From an uncultured Verrucomicrobiae bacterium (GTDB taxonomy: Bacteria; Verrucomicrobiota; Verrucomicrobiia; Chthoniobacterales; UBA10450): 64,000 nucleotides of DNA. Shown here one piece after another: positions 63,182 through 64,000 of this stretch. The first letter of the stretch is position 1, and every line of letters begins with the position of its first letter. Under the pieces are notes generated by a model, which ran no database searches, was not told where the DNA came from, and saw nothing but the letters and a program-made list of their open reading frames with translations. Both the position numbers and the translations under genes were made by a program. Location of the stretch: positions 128,001 through 192,000 of the forward strand of contig CAWIBO010000005.1 of assembly GCA_963834385.1 (NCBI GenBank), written 5' to 3'.

Positions 63182-64000
63182 GCGCGCGAACCCGCCATAT
63201 CCTGGCCGTGCTGGTTTTTGTCAGCGTGGCGTCCTTCGCCACCGGCAGGCTTTTTCCGCGGGCGCCCGGAGCCTCGCCCGATCGCCCGCGCATGGATGAT
63301 CGATCGGTCGCTCCGCTTTCGCAGCCACTAGCGCCGGTGGAAGTTCCCGCGCTCGTTCCAAACGTGGTGGGAATGACCTCCTACGAGCGGTATTCGCTCT
63401 TCAAGGCGGCCTCGGCGGAAACGCTTCGGAGTTATCATCATCAACTAATGCAGATTCGTCCGCGACCAACCCGCTGGGCGGCGCTGGAATCATTTTTCAA
63501 AACCCTCATTCAGATTGATCCGATTCTGACTCAAAATCTCATTATCGCGATGGAGGGAGATGACAAGTGGACCGCCCTTTCTGCGATCAGGGAAGGGGCC
63601 CCTCCTCGCGGCATGTCGGCCGTCGCGGAGGTTCTTGTCAGCCTCAATCGGAGCAAGATTTCCGGGTGCAGTTGGGATCTGCTGGGTGACAGCCTGGATG
63701 AGTGGGGAAAAAATGATCCGCTGGCGTTGAAGCAATTCCTGGAGAGTCATCGCGACAAGGACGTGGAACGCTACTTTCCACGCCTCGTCCGGCGATGGGC
63801 CGCCTACGACCCGGAGGCGGCCCGGCAATGGATAGAGGAACAGATTCGGAACCGCCCAATTCCGCCGGAGATCGAAGCGGGGCAAAGCGAGGCAATGGAA
63901 AACTCCGAATGGAGAGGCATCGGGAGTGGGATGTTCTCAGCCTGGGTGGAGGGTCTTCTCGATTTCGATGCGGTGGCTGCTGTCGACTACGTCTTCCAGC
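63178..64000 (+). CDS. Paralog of the preceding helical-repeat protein (runs off window end)
   Basis: Open frame from ATG 63178 (overlapping the previous stop) to the window end: MSARTRHILAVLVFVS..FFKTLIQIDP..WGKNDPLALKQF..WAAYDPEAARQW. Not in the ORF track. Confidence 0.8.
   Translation, partial: MSARTRHILAVLVFVSVASFATGRLFPRAPGASPDRPRMDDRSVAPLSQPLAPVEVPALVPNVVGMTSYERYSLFKAASAETLRSYHHQLMQIRPRPTRWAALESFFKTLIQIDPILTQNLIIAMEGDDKWTALSAIREGAPPRGMSAVAEVLVSLNRSKISGCSWDLLGDSLDEWGKNDPLALKQFLESHRDKDVERYFPRLVRRWAAYDPEAARQWIEEQIRNRPIPPEIEAGQSEAMENSEWRGIGSGMFSAWVEGLLDFDAVAAVDYVFQ

Overview
High-GC, gene-dense bacterial chromosomal segment. Gene content, the secreted-protein C-termini and the W-x3-DP repeat proteins suggest a soil Verrucomicrobiota (Chthoniobacterales-like) genome; this is inference, not a database result. 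Positions 0.7-13.9 kb hold a near-complete purine catabolism cluster: xdhC, uricase, uraD, uraH, allantoicase, allantoinase, an uncharacterised CitE/malate-synthase-like enzyme, an apparently single-chain XdhA-XdhB and adenine deaminase. Two kynurenine-pathway genes (nbaC, kynB-like) flank it. The rest is housekeeping and envelope genes (iscA-type carrier, class II photolyase, cls, recQ, thrS, HTTM protein, GH15, CNNM pair, YyaL-like, S9 peptidase, msbA and LPS glycosyltransferases, gluQ, lepA) plus large secreted multidomain enzymes. About 13 genes carry small indels that look like long-read errors. No tRNA, rRNA, CRISPR array or transposase was seen. Most notable observations: (1) REP-like palindromes inserted in frame in two proteins, including essential ThrRS, with a free intergenic copy of the ThrRS element in the window; (2) composite intergenic repeat islands built from recurring modules; (3) a candidate new glyoxylate-assimilating enzyme in the purine cluster; (4) an unannotated 51-aa ORF with its own promoter, structured leader and terminator; (5) repeated promoter-like motifs only 6-10 nt upstream of start codons, suggesting leaderless mRNAs.
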